Part shown: piece after piece, positions 11,420-24,199 of the stretch
Layout: every line of letters begins with the position of its first letter
Position numbering within the stretch: position 1 is the first letter of the stretch
Assembly (NCBI GenBank): GCA_013265495.1
Contig: MU058485.1
Span: forward strand, 1-64,000
Direction of reading: 5' to 3'
Origin: Vicugna vicugna
Lineage: Eukaryota
DNA: 64,000 nt
Program-made: the position numbers and the translations under genes
The notes under the pieces: model-generated
What the model saw: the letters and a program-made list of their open reading frames with translations, nothing else
Database searches by the model: none
What the model was told of the DNA's origin: nothing

Positions 11420-11863
11420 ATATTATATTAGAAAAGACTCCATATTAGATTTGTTCTTTGGCTTTAATCTTGTGCCCTCTTTTCTAGGCTGTCTTTCTAG
11501 CTCTGCACCTTTTGTAAAACAGTGTTGCCTTTACCTGAAATATATAGGAGAGCCTATTTTCAAGGCTCTGATATTTAAGAATCTTAAAACTTTTGCACTG
11601 ATATAAAGACAACAAGTTGCAAAATAGAAAATAAATTTTGTTTTGTTAGAGGTTTTACAGAGGCACTATGACCTGATCCATTTAGACATCTGCAGACCAA
11701 GATAAAGGCAGACTAATGTCCTCGAAGACAATCTTCCCCATGTGAGACTTCACGCTCATTTTTTAATAAAAGTTGAAAGCACTGTGGTTGGTTGTTTCAA
11801 ACTTCTTGGTGTAGGATTTCTTTGTTCTTGGAATCCTCTGAGCTCCCCATGTGGGTCAGATCA
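11420..11863 (+). mobile_element. ERV1 LTR, MER41-like
   Basis: 5' half homologous to the LTR at 18,839 (GCTCTGCACCTTTTGTAAAACA, AAAATAGA.AATAA..TTTGTTTTGTT.GAGG); AATAAA at ~11,765; ends in CA followed by TGGTGTC. Confidence 0.65.
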
Positions 11864-11881
11864 TGGTGTCCCTATAAAACC

Positions 11882-12213
11882 GGAACACAGGGTTCTGCTT
11901 CAGGGAAACTGCGCTACTTACATATCTATGGGGTGGCACTCAATCCAACTCAGCTTTCCAGCACAAACTGCCTTTCCTTGCAAACCGGCTTTAGGAAACA
12001 TGCTGAGAAATCACAGTCAGTGATTCAAGATGTCCCTCAGCCCTTGATGCTAGAGGCAGCAATGCCTCTCTCCTTGCTCCATTCTCAAATCTGAATGTGT
12101 GTTTAAGTGGTCCTTCAAATACCTTCTTGGGAACACAGAATTTCTGCTTGAGGGGATCTACACTACTTACATATTTATGGGGAGGCACTCGCTCAAGTTC
12201 AGTTTCCCAGCGC
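11882..12213 (-). repeat. Satellite, ~1.3 monomers in inverted orientation
   Basis: GGAAACATGCTGAGAAATCA and CTACTTACATAT are reverse complements of the forward-array motifs TGATTTCTCAGCATGTTTCC and ATATGTAAGTAG. Confidence 0.9.
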
Positions 12214-15200
12214 CTTTTTGCAAGGAAGGGAAGTTTGCGCTGAAAAACTGAGGTGAAGCAAGTGCCTCCAAAAAGATATGTAAGTAGCGTAGTGCCCGTA
12301 GGCGAGAAACTCTGGGTGTCCAACAAGGTAGGTGAAGGACAGCTCCAACACACATTCAGTAGTCCGAAGTGAGCAAGTGGTGAGGCATTCCTTCATCCAG
12401 CATTGAAGGTTTAGTGACATACAGGAACACTTACTCTGATTTCTCAGCATGTTTCTCACAGCCGGTTTCAAGTAAAAGTGGTTTACAGTGAAAAACCGAG
12501 TTCGTGCCAGTACATCGCCATATATATGAAGGCACCACAGTTGCCCTAGGCCAGAAACTCTGGGTTCCCAAAAAGCTAGGTGAAGAACGGTTTCCACAAC
12601 ATATTCTTCTGAAAGTTGAGCATGTAGAGAGGCGTTCTTTCATCCAGTATACACATTCTCTGACTTCTCAGCATGTTTCCTAACGCTGGTTTCAAAGAAA
12701 AAGCGGTTTGATGTGGAAAACTGCATTGGAGCAAGTGCCTCCCCTAAGATATGTAAGTAGCGTAGATCCCCAAGACAAGAAACCCTGGGTTTCCAACAAC
12801 TTACGTGAGCAACGGCTCCTAAACACATTCAGATATCAGAAGTGAGCATGTGGAGAGGCGTTCTTTCATGCAGCATTGAAGGTTAAGTGACATATAGAAA
12901 CACTTACTCTGATTTCTCAGCATGTTTCCCAAAGATGGTTTCAAGTAAAAGCGATTTGTAGTGAAAAACCTAGTTGGTGCTATTACGGCCCCATACATAT
13001 GAAGGCAGTGCAGTTGCCCTAAGCCAGAAACTCTGAGTTCCAAAAAAGATAGGTGATTGATGGCTTTCACACATATTGGAAATTCAGAATTGAGCATGTG
13101 TAGAGGCGTTCGTTAACCAAGCATAAAGTGAATGAATAGCAGAAGAAACACTTACTCTGATTTCTCAGTATGTTTCCAGATGCCGGTTTGAAGTTCATGC
13201 AGTTTTGACAGTAAAACCAAGTTGGAGCTAGTACCTCCCCATATATATATGTATGTAGTGTAGTTCCCCACTCAAAAGAAACTGTGTGTTCCCAACAAGC
13301 TAGGTGATTAACGGCTTTCACACACATTCAACTCTCTGAAATGAGATTGCGGAGAGGTGTTCATTCAACTAGCATAAAGGGAATGGGGAACAGTAGAAAC
13401 ACATACAGTGATTTCTCAGTATGTTTTCTAGTGCCAGTTAGAAGTTTATGCAGTTTTAACTGTAAAACCGAGTTGGAGCTAGTATCTCCCCATATATACG
13501 CATGTAGCGTATTTCCCCACTAAAAAGAAACACCAACAACCAGGTGATTGAAAGGTTTCACACTCATTCAACTCTCAGAATTGAGCATGTGTAGAGGCGT
13601 TCGTTCATCTAGCATAAAGGGAACGGGGAGCAGTAGAAACAATTACTTTGATTTCTCAGTATGTTTCCTAGGGCCGGTATGAAGTTCATGCATTTTTCAC
13701 TGTAAAACCGAGTTGGGGCTACTACCTCCCCATATATATGCATGTTGTTTAGTTCCCCACTCTAAATAAATGTGTGTTCTCAACAAAGTAGATGATTGAT
13801 GGCTTTCACACACGTTCACCTCTCAGAATTGAGCATGTGAAGAGGCTTTCTTTCATCTAGCATAAAGGGAATGTGTAGCAGTAGAAATCCTTACTTTGAT
13901 TTCTCAGTGTGTTTCCTCCTACCGGTCTGAAGTTTATGCAGTTGCACTGTAAAACCGAGTTGTAGCTAGTACCTCCCCTTATATATGTATTTAGGGTAGT
14001 TCCCCACTCAAAAGAAACTGTATGTTCCTGACAAGGTAGATGATTGATAGCTTCCTCGCAGATTCAACTCTCAGAACTGAGCATGTGTTGTGGTGTTCTT
14101 TCATCTAGCATAAATGGAATGGGTAGCAGTAGAAATAGTTACTCTGATTTCTCAGACTGTTTCCTCCTGCCGGTTTGGTGTTCATGTAGCTTTCACAGTA
14201 AAACTGATTTATAGCTAGTAATTCCCCATATATACGTATTTAGTGTATTTCCCCACACAAAAGAAACAAACTAAATGATTGGTGGCTTTCACACAGTCAA
14301 CTCTCAGAATTGAGCATGTGGAGAGGCGTTCATTCATCTAGCATAAATGCAACAGGTAGCAACATAAACACTTTGATTTCTCAGAATGTTTCCTAGTGCC
14401 GGTTTAAGTTCATGCAGTTTTCACTGTAAAAAGGACTTGTAGCTAGCAACTCCCAATACATATGTTTGTAATGTAGTTTCCAACTCCAAATGAACTGTGT
14501 GTTCCAGACAAGCTAAGTGATTGATGGCTTACACACAGATTCAACTCTCAGAACTGAGCGTGTGGAGAGGCGTTCGTTCATCTAGCATAAAGGGAATGGG
14601 TTGCAGTAAAAACACTTCCTCAGGTTTCTCAGTATGTTTCTTAGTGCTGGTTAGAATTTCATCCACTTTTCACTGTAAAACCGAGTTAGAGCAAATACCT
14701 GCCCATTTATCTGTATGTAGTGTATTTTCCCACTGAAAACAAATCGTGCGTACCCAACAAGCTAGGTGATTGACGGCTTTCACACACACATATCTCTCAG
14801 AATTGAGCATGTGGAGAGACGATCGTTCATCTAGCATAAAGGGAATGGGTTGCATTACAAACACTTACTCTGGTTTCTCAGTATGTTTCCTAGTGCCGGT
14901 TTGAAGATCCTGCAGTTTTCACTGTAAAACCGAGTTGTAAGAAGTACCTCTGCATATATATAAGAATGTAGTGTAGTTTCCCTCTGAAAAGAAATGCTGT
15001 GTTCCGAACAAGTTAGGTGATTGACGGCTTTCACACACACTTAACTCTCAGAATTTAGCAAGTCGAGAGACGTTGTTTCATCTAGCTTAAAGGGAATGGG
15101 TTGTAGTACACTTACTCTTGTTTCTCAGTCTGTTTCCTAGTGCCGGTTTGAAGATCATGCAGCTTACACTGTAAAACCGAGTTTGGAAAATGTACCTCCC

Positions 15201-17575
15201 CCTATATATTTATGCAGTGTAATTTCCCACTGAAAAGAATCTTTGTGTTCCCAAAATGCTAGGTGATTGATGGCTTTCACACAGACTGAACTCTCAGAAT
15301 TGAGCATGTGGAGAGACGTTCGTTCATCTAGCATAATGGGATGTGTTGCAGTAGAAACACTTACTCTGGTTTCTCATTATGTTCCTAGTGCCGGTGTGAA
15401 GTTCATGTAGTTTTCACTGTAAAAATGACTTGGAGCTAGTATCTTCCCATATATATGTATGTAGTGTTGTTTGCCAGGCAAAAGAAACTGTGTTTTCCCT
15501 AAAAGCTTACTAATAGATTACATTCGCACACATTCAACTCTCAGATATGAGGTTGTGGATAGACGTTCGTTCAAATAGGATGAAGGGAATGGGTTGAAAT
15601 AGAAACACTTACTCTAGTTTCTCAGTATCTTTCCTCATTCCGGTTTGATGTTCATGCAGTTTTCACCGTAAAACAGAGTTGGGGCTTGTACTTCCCCATA
15701 TGCATGTATGTAGGTGAATTCCTAACTAAAGAGAAACTGTGTTTTCCCAAATAGATATGTGATTGACAGCTTTCACACACATTCATCCCTCTGAATTGAG
15801 GATGTGGAGAGGTGTTTGTCCATTTAGCATAAAGGGAATGGGGAGCAGTAGAAAGGATTACTCTGATTTCTCAGTATGTTTACTACTGCCGGTTTTAAGT
15901 TCATGAAATTTTCAGTGTAAAAACTAGTTGGAGCTGGTACCTCCCCCCCCATATATATATGTGTAATGCAGCTCCCCACTCAAAACAAACTCTGTGTTCC
16001 CTACAAGCTAAGTGATACTTGGCTTCCGCCTGCATTCACTCTCAGACCTGAGCATTTGGAGAGGCGTTCGTTCATCTAGCATAAAGGGATTGAGTTGCAG
16101 TAGAAACACTTACTCTGGTTTCTCAGTATGTTTCCAAGTGGCAGGTGAAGTTCATGCATTTATCACTGTAAAAACGAGCTGGAGCTAGTACCTCCCCATA
16201 TATATGCATGTAGTGTAGTTCCCCACTCAAAAAAATGTTTGTTTCCAACAAGCTAGGTGACTGTCGGCTTTCACGCACACTTGACTCTCAGAATTGAGCA
16301 TTTGGAGAGACATTCGTTCATCTAGCATAAGAATAGGTAGCAGTATAAACACATATACTGGCTTTTGCGTATGTTTCCTAGTGCCGGTAAAGTTCCTGCA
16401 GATTTTACTGTAAAACCGAGTTGGAGCTAGGACCTCCCCATATATATGTATGTAGTTTTGTCCCCCACTGAAAGGAAACTTTGTGTTCCCTACAAGCTAA
16501 CTGACAGATGGCTTTTGCACACACTCAACTCTCAGAACTTAGCATGGGGAGAGGCGTTCGTTCATCTAGTATGAAGGGAATAGGTTGCTGTAGAAACACT
16601 TACTCTGGTTTCTCAGTATTTTTCCGTGGGCGAGTTTGAAGTTCATGCCGCTTTCTCTGTAAAACCGAGGTGGAGCTTGTACTTCCTCATATATATGTAT
16701 GTATGTAGTTTCACACTTAAAAGAAACTGTGTTCCCAACAAGCTAGGTAATTTTCGGCGTTGACACACACTTAACTCTCAGAATTGGGCATGTGGTAATA
16801 CATCCGTTCATCTAGCATAAACGGAATGGGTTGCAGTATAAACACTTACTCTGGGTTGTCAGTATGTTTCCTAGTGCTGGTTTGAATTTCATACACTTTT
16901 CAGTGTAAAACCGAATTGGAGATTGTACCTCCCATTATATATGTATGTAGTGTAGTTTCCCACTGAAAAGAAACTGTGTGTTCCCAACATTCTATGTGAT
17001 TGGCGTCTTTCACACACACATAACTCTCAGTAATTATCATGTGGAGAGACGTTCGGTCATATAGTAGGAAGAGAAAAGTTTCCAGTAGAAACACTTACTC
17101 TGGTTTCCCAGTATGTTTCCTAGTGCCGGTTTGAAGTTTATGCAGTTTTCTCTGTAAAACCCAGTTGGAGATAGTACCTCCCCATATATATATATATGTA
17201 GAGAATTTTCCAACTGAAAAGAAACTGTGTGTTCCCGTCAAGCTAGTTGATTGACGGCTTTCAGACACACTTAACTCTCAGAATTGAGCACGTGGAGAGA
17301 CGTTCGTTCATCTAGCATAAATAGAATAGGTAGCACTAGAAACTCTTACTCAGGTTTCTTAGTATGTTTAATAGTGCCATTTTGAAGTTTATGCAGTTTT
17401 CACTGTAAAACTTCGTTGGAGATAGTACATCCCCATATATGTTTATGTAATGTAGTTTCCCACTGAAAAGTAACTTTGTGTTCTCAACAAGCTATGTGAT
17501 TTGCTTTCACACATATTCAACTCTGAGATTTGATTATGTTGAGAAACGTTCATTCATCTAGCATAAACTGAATGT
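12214..17575 (+). repeat. Satellite array, ~245-250-bp monomer, ~22 copies
   Basis: Anchor (GAATT)GAGCATGTG recurs at ~12371, 12844, 13092, 13583, 13831, 14079, 14312, 14556, 14805, 15056, 15302 ... 17285, 17531 (mean spacing ~247 bp between 13092 and 17531). Many monomers carry one CCGG. Confidence 0.97.
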
Positions 17576-17593
17576 GAAAGCAGTGATCATGGC
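17572..17593 (-). pseudogene. ANO6: ANO6 exon-18 remnant (AMITAFT), truncated by satellite
   Basis: TTTTTCTACCAGCACAG|GCC ATG ATC ACT GCT TTC ACA T corresponds to AMIIAFTS, which follows VVTN in ANO6; phase 0 as expected; 4.1 kb downstream of exon 17. Confidence 0.8.
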
Positions 17594-18838
17594 CTGTGCT
17601 GGTAGAAAAACATTACAGGGAGCATTAATTTAGAGCTTTTATTTTTATTGTCATCAGACATGTCAGAATTTCTTTTTCAGCAGTTGATTTCGTTCTTTTA
17701 AGCTTCAGAAAACTTAAGTCTTTCCTGTAACTGGATATAGATAGTGAATGTCTTAAAGTCTTTGAGCAATTGCTTTAAAGTAGAATAGTTACTTTGCTTT
17801 TGGTCTTTAACCTAAAGGAATTTCCAGAAGTCCAGTGGCAGTTCAAAAGCAAGGGCCTGAATCTTGCCTATTACATTTTTTAATTGAGTACGAATAACTG
17901 TATAGTAAGGTACTGTGGTTAACTCAAGAGCTGCTCGGATATGTTATATGTAAGTTATATTTTCAAAAATTATAAATATCACGAAATTCAATCAACCTTG
18001 GAGATCTATTTGGTATAATTTATTCTTTAATAATGTAGATTAAGATAGCCCTTTGTTTATGTAACACTTATGAAAATAAGTTGGCTTTATATAACTCCTT
18101 TTTTGATAAATGATTTAAAAATTGTTTTTTTAACATTTGCTTCTTAAAAATAGGATATTAATTGCACAACATATATTTTCCTTCACTTTTTTTCTCTATA
18201 CTATCTTGACTTTTTAGATAAGTTTTCCCATAGTCTGATTTATTTTAAACACTCAGTATGTGCTTCTGTCTGTTGCTTTATTAGAGAGCAAGAATTCTTT
18301 ATTATTTTTAATAAAATATACTAGCAGGAAACTATACTGGGTTTCTTTCATTCACAGAATCAAGCAATGATACCTGTTTTGTTAGATCAATTGTCTAAGC
18401 CTCTCAACTTCCAATAGATTACGTGGACAAAGTTAAAAACGTGATAAATGATCGACTAACAGTTTATTTTGTTCCTTGATTAAAAGTATAAAAATGGGTC
18501 AGTCTTAAATTCGGATGTAAAGCTCTTATGAATTACATGAGTCTTCTCCAAAATTCTTTAATTTGGGCTTTAAATCCTCCAGTAAAAGACTGATTTGAAG
18601 GAAGAAGAAAGTCGAGAATAGATTCAATTCAAATTCTATGGGAATAAACAAAGCTAAATGTTTCAGTCATTTTTTGAAACAGAAGAGATATGTTTTCTTC
18701 ACTTTATGATTTTAATAGTATTCATCTGAACATATGGTTTAGACACCATGAGACCACAAGCCAACAAACAAGATCTCAGGCAGAGCAAGAAAAACAACTG
18801 AGGGGATTTTCTACTGCAAAATTTTGCCTAACTAGATC

Positions 18839-19362
18839 TGTAATAGAGAACAAATCTGACACCATATTGGATCTGTTCCTTTAGTTTGAAGCACTGTGCC
18901 CTGTTTTCCAGGCTTAATCTTGCTGGCTCTGCACCTTTTGTAAAACAACGTTGCCTTTAGCCTAAAACCTACAGGAAAGCCTATTCTCAGGGCTCTGACC
19001 TTTAAGGATGTTAACACTTCTGCTTTTATGCAGAGATGGCAAGTTACAAAATAGAGAATAACCTTTGTTTTGTTGGAGGCTTACAGGGACACCACAGCCT
19101 GACCCACATGGATGGCTGCAAGAACAAAGAATGCCTGCAGCAAGAAGTTTGCACAACCAACCACACCCCCTCCCCTTTTTAGCTTAAAAGGAGCCTGAAT
19201 TCTGACTTGGGCAAGATGATTCTCCAGGACATTAGTCCCCCATATTCTTGGTCTGCCAGCTTTCTGAATAAAGTTACTATTCCTTGCCCCCAAACCTTGT
19301 CTCCTGATTTATTTATTTATCACTGTTGTGCAGTGAACAGAACAAATTTAGCCTCAGTAACA
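18839..19362 (+). mobile_element. Solo ERV1 LTR, MER41-like, in ANO6 intron 17
   Basis: TGTAATAG...GTAACA termini, AATAAA at ~19,267, 4-bp flanks GATC/GAAC. Confidence 0.8.
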
Positions 19363-19420
19363 GAACCAGCTTTGTCATTCCCTCTGATGTGAAATCTCTC
19401 TGGGTGTACACGTGCTTGCC

Positions 19421-19454
19421 TGGTGGTGGTGGTGCTGGTGGTCGTGGTGGTGGT
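19421..19454. repeat. (GGT)n microsatellite
   Basis: Directly visible. Confidence 0.85.
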
Positions 19455-21726
19455 AGGCAAAAATATTTCACTTCTCCTAATTTCAATAGGCTAAAATTTC
19501 CTGCTATATAAGTCAACTCTAGACTTTTACAGAATCACCTGCAAATGTGCTTCTGGAAGCTACAAAAATTCCAACAATGAAAATAAATCTATTGTCTCCA
19601 GACATGTTACTTTTCCTGAAAACTTAGCAGCTCTGAGACACACTTCAGGAGTACAGATAGTTGCAGTGTGCTTCATTTCCCATGCTGTTCCGACACAATT
19701 TTCCACTTATATCAAAGTAAATTGAAATCGGTCCTCAATAGCAGATGCTCTGGCATGATACAACAATGTCAGTTCCACTTATTTATTGAGTCAGAGCAGC
19801 TTTAGAATAAATGATTTTATAGCAAACTCCTGCTTGATATCCTATCTTCTCCCTGGTGGCTAATTCCTTCTTCTTACTTCCTAAAATTTCTCCTGTTATG
19901 GGAAGTTAGCCTTTACTGTGCACTTTCAATTGGGAAGGCACAAATTAAATATGTGAGGGGTTGACATGCATATTTATTTCTTAATCATACATATATACAA
20001 GCACACAGGACCTGTGTCTTGGAAGATGTCACTTCCTAATGTGGGCAAGAGGGTGGTCTATAGTTCAATCAATGATCTAAAAGCAGTTTTCTAGGATATA
20101 ATAAATCATTGCTTGAGTTATAAGACAGAACAACCCCTGGATATGAATCAGTGGCACCAATCAGTTGGTGCACATGTGTGCACACACACGCCCATGCACA
20201 CGGAGCAGCCTTGGAGACACTCCATCTGTGCTGATGGAGCAAAGTCATGCTTGGGAGATGAGGAAAAAGTGCCTAATACAATCAAACCAGGACACCTGAG
20301 GAATGGGTAATAGGAGTCAATTGAATTTTCTGGTTAGCTGAAGGTCAAACAAAAACACTTTTAGTTTCAAATGTCATTTCTAAACATTTTCTTTAAGCAC
20401 AGGATCCTGTTTTCCTGCCTTGCTCAGTGTCATATGGCATATTAAACATGACAGATTCATACTTCTCTGACTGTGGAACGGGAAAGGCCTTGCTGCCATA
20501 TTTCTGAACATTAGTCTATGTTTTGCAGCACAGTGGATACTGAAAATGAGGCAATTTGAGTGAATGGGAATGGACATAACCTAGCAGTCACTGACTGTGT
20601 GTGATTTGCCAACTTTCTCCAAAAAGTAGGGGTAGCAAGCAAATCAGATAAATTGAGGGTTCTTGGGGTGGGGAGTCAGGTGGGCTGACAGCTGGGTGGT
20701 CCCAGGTAGCTTGTTTTACTGTGTAAAATTGTGACAATGATCCAGACAATGACATATTGTCAAATTCTTGTGCCTGTAGCTTTGATACCTGGCCAAGTCT
20801 GTGCAGCCAATTTTATCAATGGTGCATAATGAAGATAACTAACATTCCCTGAGGACCACGTTGTGTGACTTGCATGCATTGACTCATGAATTCCCTAAGC
20901 ACCCTTTGTGGTACATAACAGTCTTAAAATATGCATTAGGGAATTATTCTGTTTGCAGGTGATAAAATGAAGCTCTGAACTGTTGAAGCCTGGCCCGAAA
21001 TCATGCAGATGGGAAGACACCGTGCTGGGAGCTAAGCTCTGGCCAGACTACAGAACCTGAAGGGCCCAGCAAGTCCCCTCACTCAGGAACCTGGCCCACA
21101 GCCACTGCCAGGCCCTGTTCTGTTTCTATGAGTGCTCATGGGAAAGTGCCATGGACTTAGCATAAATATGACTTGATTAAGGAATTCAAACTGGGATAGA
21201 ACTGCCCCAGGGGACCAGGAAGGTAATGAATGATTGGGGATGCACAAAGTGTTTATATGGCCTCATCAGGTAGTTCCTACTTTAAACTGATAGTCTGGAA
21301 TATATGGTAAAACACGGTGGAATGACTGCTCTTATTTTAGGTTCTACAAACTCTTAAACGGATAGATTTCTATCTCCATTATACAAGCACTGCTGGGTAA
21401 CCTTTATAGTCATGTGAGGATCAAAAGAGTGAGTACTTATTAATACTATTACCACACTTCTACTGAATTAACACTTCAGCAACAGTATAATGGCCACACT
21501 TCTTAACAACTGCCTCTGTAAGAGCTCTTGTAAGTCACAAATAATAATTATAAAGAAAACATATTAAAAATAATAACAATTACAGTTACAACAACTATGT
21601 TGTTTATAACAATGATAGTGTTAGCATCTCCCTCTCATATTAAGTAACACTGGATTCCTTAGGAAGCAATACCAATGCATTTTTGGACTCTTCAATGTCT
21701 TCACTCCATGAAGCCTTTTTACTCAC

Positions 21727-21933
21727 ATTGGTCCACTAAAGCCAGAATTGCTGTCCCTTGCATGGTGGGCTGCCAAGCTGCGATGTCCTGGGCTTTTTCT
21801 GGCACCATGCGTCTATACTGGGTAGTCAAGTTTCCACGTACCCACTCTGATTTCCAATATATTGTTCTCCAGAACCAACAGAGGGGCCACTGGAAAGAGG
21901 CTACAAATAAGGTGGTGAACCCAAACTGAATAC
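21727..21933 (-). pseudogene. ANO6: ANO6 exon 17 equivalent
   Basis: IQFGFTTLFVASF / APLLVLENNILEIRVGTWKL / TTQYRRMVPEKAQDIAAWQPTMQGTAILA; three 1-nt frameshifts; CAG| acceptor and |GTGAGT donor intact. Confidence 0.95.
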
Positions 21934-24199
21934 CTGTTGAAGGAATGGACACACTACATGGAGTGGTGGATGGATGGAAGGACAACATAAATTCCTTTAC
22001 TCCTGTAAAGAGAGAGGGGCAAATGGTGAACTAAATCCCAAAGAGAAAAGACATTCACAGTAATAATAATGTTCAACAGTGAAAGAATCCAAACAAAAGG
22101 CAAATATAAAATCTCTGGGAAGAAGACTAATTACAACCTGTTTCTTTCATGTATATACCCTTAGTAGGAATAACATACTTAAAAATCTTTAACCAACCAT
22201 AGTTATTTGCTGGTAATAAACTTGGGAATCTTGAAGCATATTATTCACTCTCTGTGTTGAAAAATACAATCTTGAAAGATGATTTGTAATTGAGTATTAA
22301 AAAAAGAATATTGTGGATGTATCTAACAATTTAAATAGAAATAAGGAATGTACCTATGGGAAAGCTCTGCATAGAGAATGTTGGAGGAAATATGCTGCAA
22401 ACAGGCAAGTGAGCAAGCTCCCTTGAGTCTGGGAAGGTGAGTGCAGCACATCCAGATGGTCTATGAAGTTATTACAAGTCACAGAAAGGTATGCAATTAA
22501 AGTGCCTTCATAAGCAAAATATCCTTCTTCAGGAATTTTTATCTTGATATTTCTATGGTCTGTGTGGTCATAGGAAGTCAAAATTATGGTGGTGGCTTAG
22601 AAGTTCTTTTCTCTCTGTCTGTAATTTACAGGGCATTGCTACAGATGGGGCAGCAGAGACCTTTGGTAAGCTGTTCCATGGGGTGGGGGAGTGGTTAGAA
22701 ATTATAAGGCCAGAGATCTAAAAGACTTTTAGACCCTCCCCTCCTACCTGGCAGACCTTTAAAGTAAACTAGCACAGGTATGTAACTAAGACAGTGGATG
22801 AGAGGCAAATTTATAGTCCCTTTAGTGTTACTGCTCAGTCAATGGGTAGGGACCACTCTGGCCAGGAACGGCAAGACCTTGGATGGGGTGGATGGGTAGG
22901 AGAAGCTGACATTTGCTTCTGACCTGAGAGGCAGGGGTGTGTTGCAGAAAAGCAGACAGTGCTGGAAAGATGTAACATGTCCACTGCCCAAAAGGAGCTG
23001 TCATATTCAGTGAGGTCAGAGAGCAAGAACCAGAGTTAGTGACGCCACAGAGTCAGCAGCGTGGCAGCAGTGATGTCAGTATCTGTGTCCATAACCCACC
23101 TAACCCTACATGAACTCATCTTCCTACAGGGGGCAGGTAAGTAGCAGAAATGTGTGGAGCGGTTGCAGCCACAGGCAAATTGGCAAGTGGACATCCTAAT
23201 GAAACGCACTGCTCACAGTCACCATATTGGAAAGATGGCCCCGCACTGTCAGATCTTCTTATTCAAGAGAAGCCAGAAATTAAGACTTTATTAGCAATCA
23301 ACCCAGTTCTAAACCCAGAAAAGATATCATTTATAATGACAACAAAGGCATAGACTATTCAGAAATAAATTATTGAAAAATGTTAAGATGATTCTGATAA
23401 ATGACTTACGAAAAGAAAAAAAAATGATGATTGAATGAACAGTAGGATGCACCATCCTCTTCAGTGGGCAGACTCAAGTTTGGGGGACATAGAACATTTT
23501 TTCTCTAAAATAAATTTTGAATCTGAATGCAAATTTAGTTAATAATCCCAAATGGATTTAAGAAAAAAATCTGAAAGGTGATCCTAAAGTTCTTCCAGAA
23601 ATATATACAAATGAAATAATGAGGAGGGATGTTTGAATTTGTAGTATTAGGGACATTCTGGAAAAGGTTAAAATAGAAACAACTCTAGGAGGTATTAACC
23701 TATGGTCATGGAAACAGTATAGAAATAGTGCACTGAGATTATGAATGAAATAGAATACATTTCAAGAATAGAGATGGATATTTATGAGATTTTATTAACA
23801 TTATAAAACTGACACTTCAAATCAGTGGATTCAAGTACTGGAGTAATTAGCTAAATCATTGGAAGAGCTGGTACAGTGTCCTAACTTTTGAATTAAAATA
23901 AATTCCAGATAATTTTTTAATTAAAAAATAAAACACCAGAAATAACCCAACATGATTTAATCTGTTCAGATACTCAAGCGAGAAGAACTTTCTAAAAAGC
24001 TTTTGGAAAAAAGACCAACAACAGCAAAGGCCTAGCAACTCAGCAAGGCCAGCAACGCCCTCTGTAAAACAAAACTCTCACCTGACCCTCTCTCACAGCC
24101 CTGTGTTGCTCTCTGATACGTTCTATACTTTCTTCTTCCCTTTAAAGTCCAGTTTCTTGGAGAAGTGCCTGCGCTGATGACTCCTCCAGGGCTCAGAGC

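Noticed and set aside
12214..17575. CRISPR-like array, or coding repeat from the many short ORFs (MCVKAVNHL...)
   Set aside because: Whole monomers repeat with no unique spacers; the context is mammalian; ORFs are short and broken by indels in different frames.
13092..17575. CENP-B box in the recurrent GTTCGTTCATCTAGC
   Set aside because: TTCG is present but the required A and CGGG positions are not; no match seen on either strand.
17700..18830. ERV internal/gag-like remnant
   Set aside because: Only an impressionistic resemblance; no convincing peptide, so not called.
11420..19362. A single provirus with the satellite inside, bounded by the two MER41-like LTRs
   Set aside because: The LTRs differ in their 3' halves, the right one has its own TSD-like flanks, and the satellite's right flank is ANO6 exon 18/intron 17.
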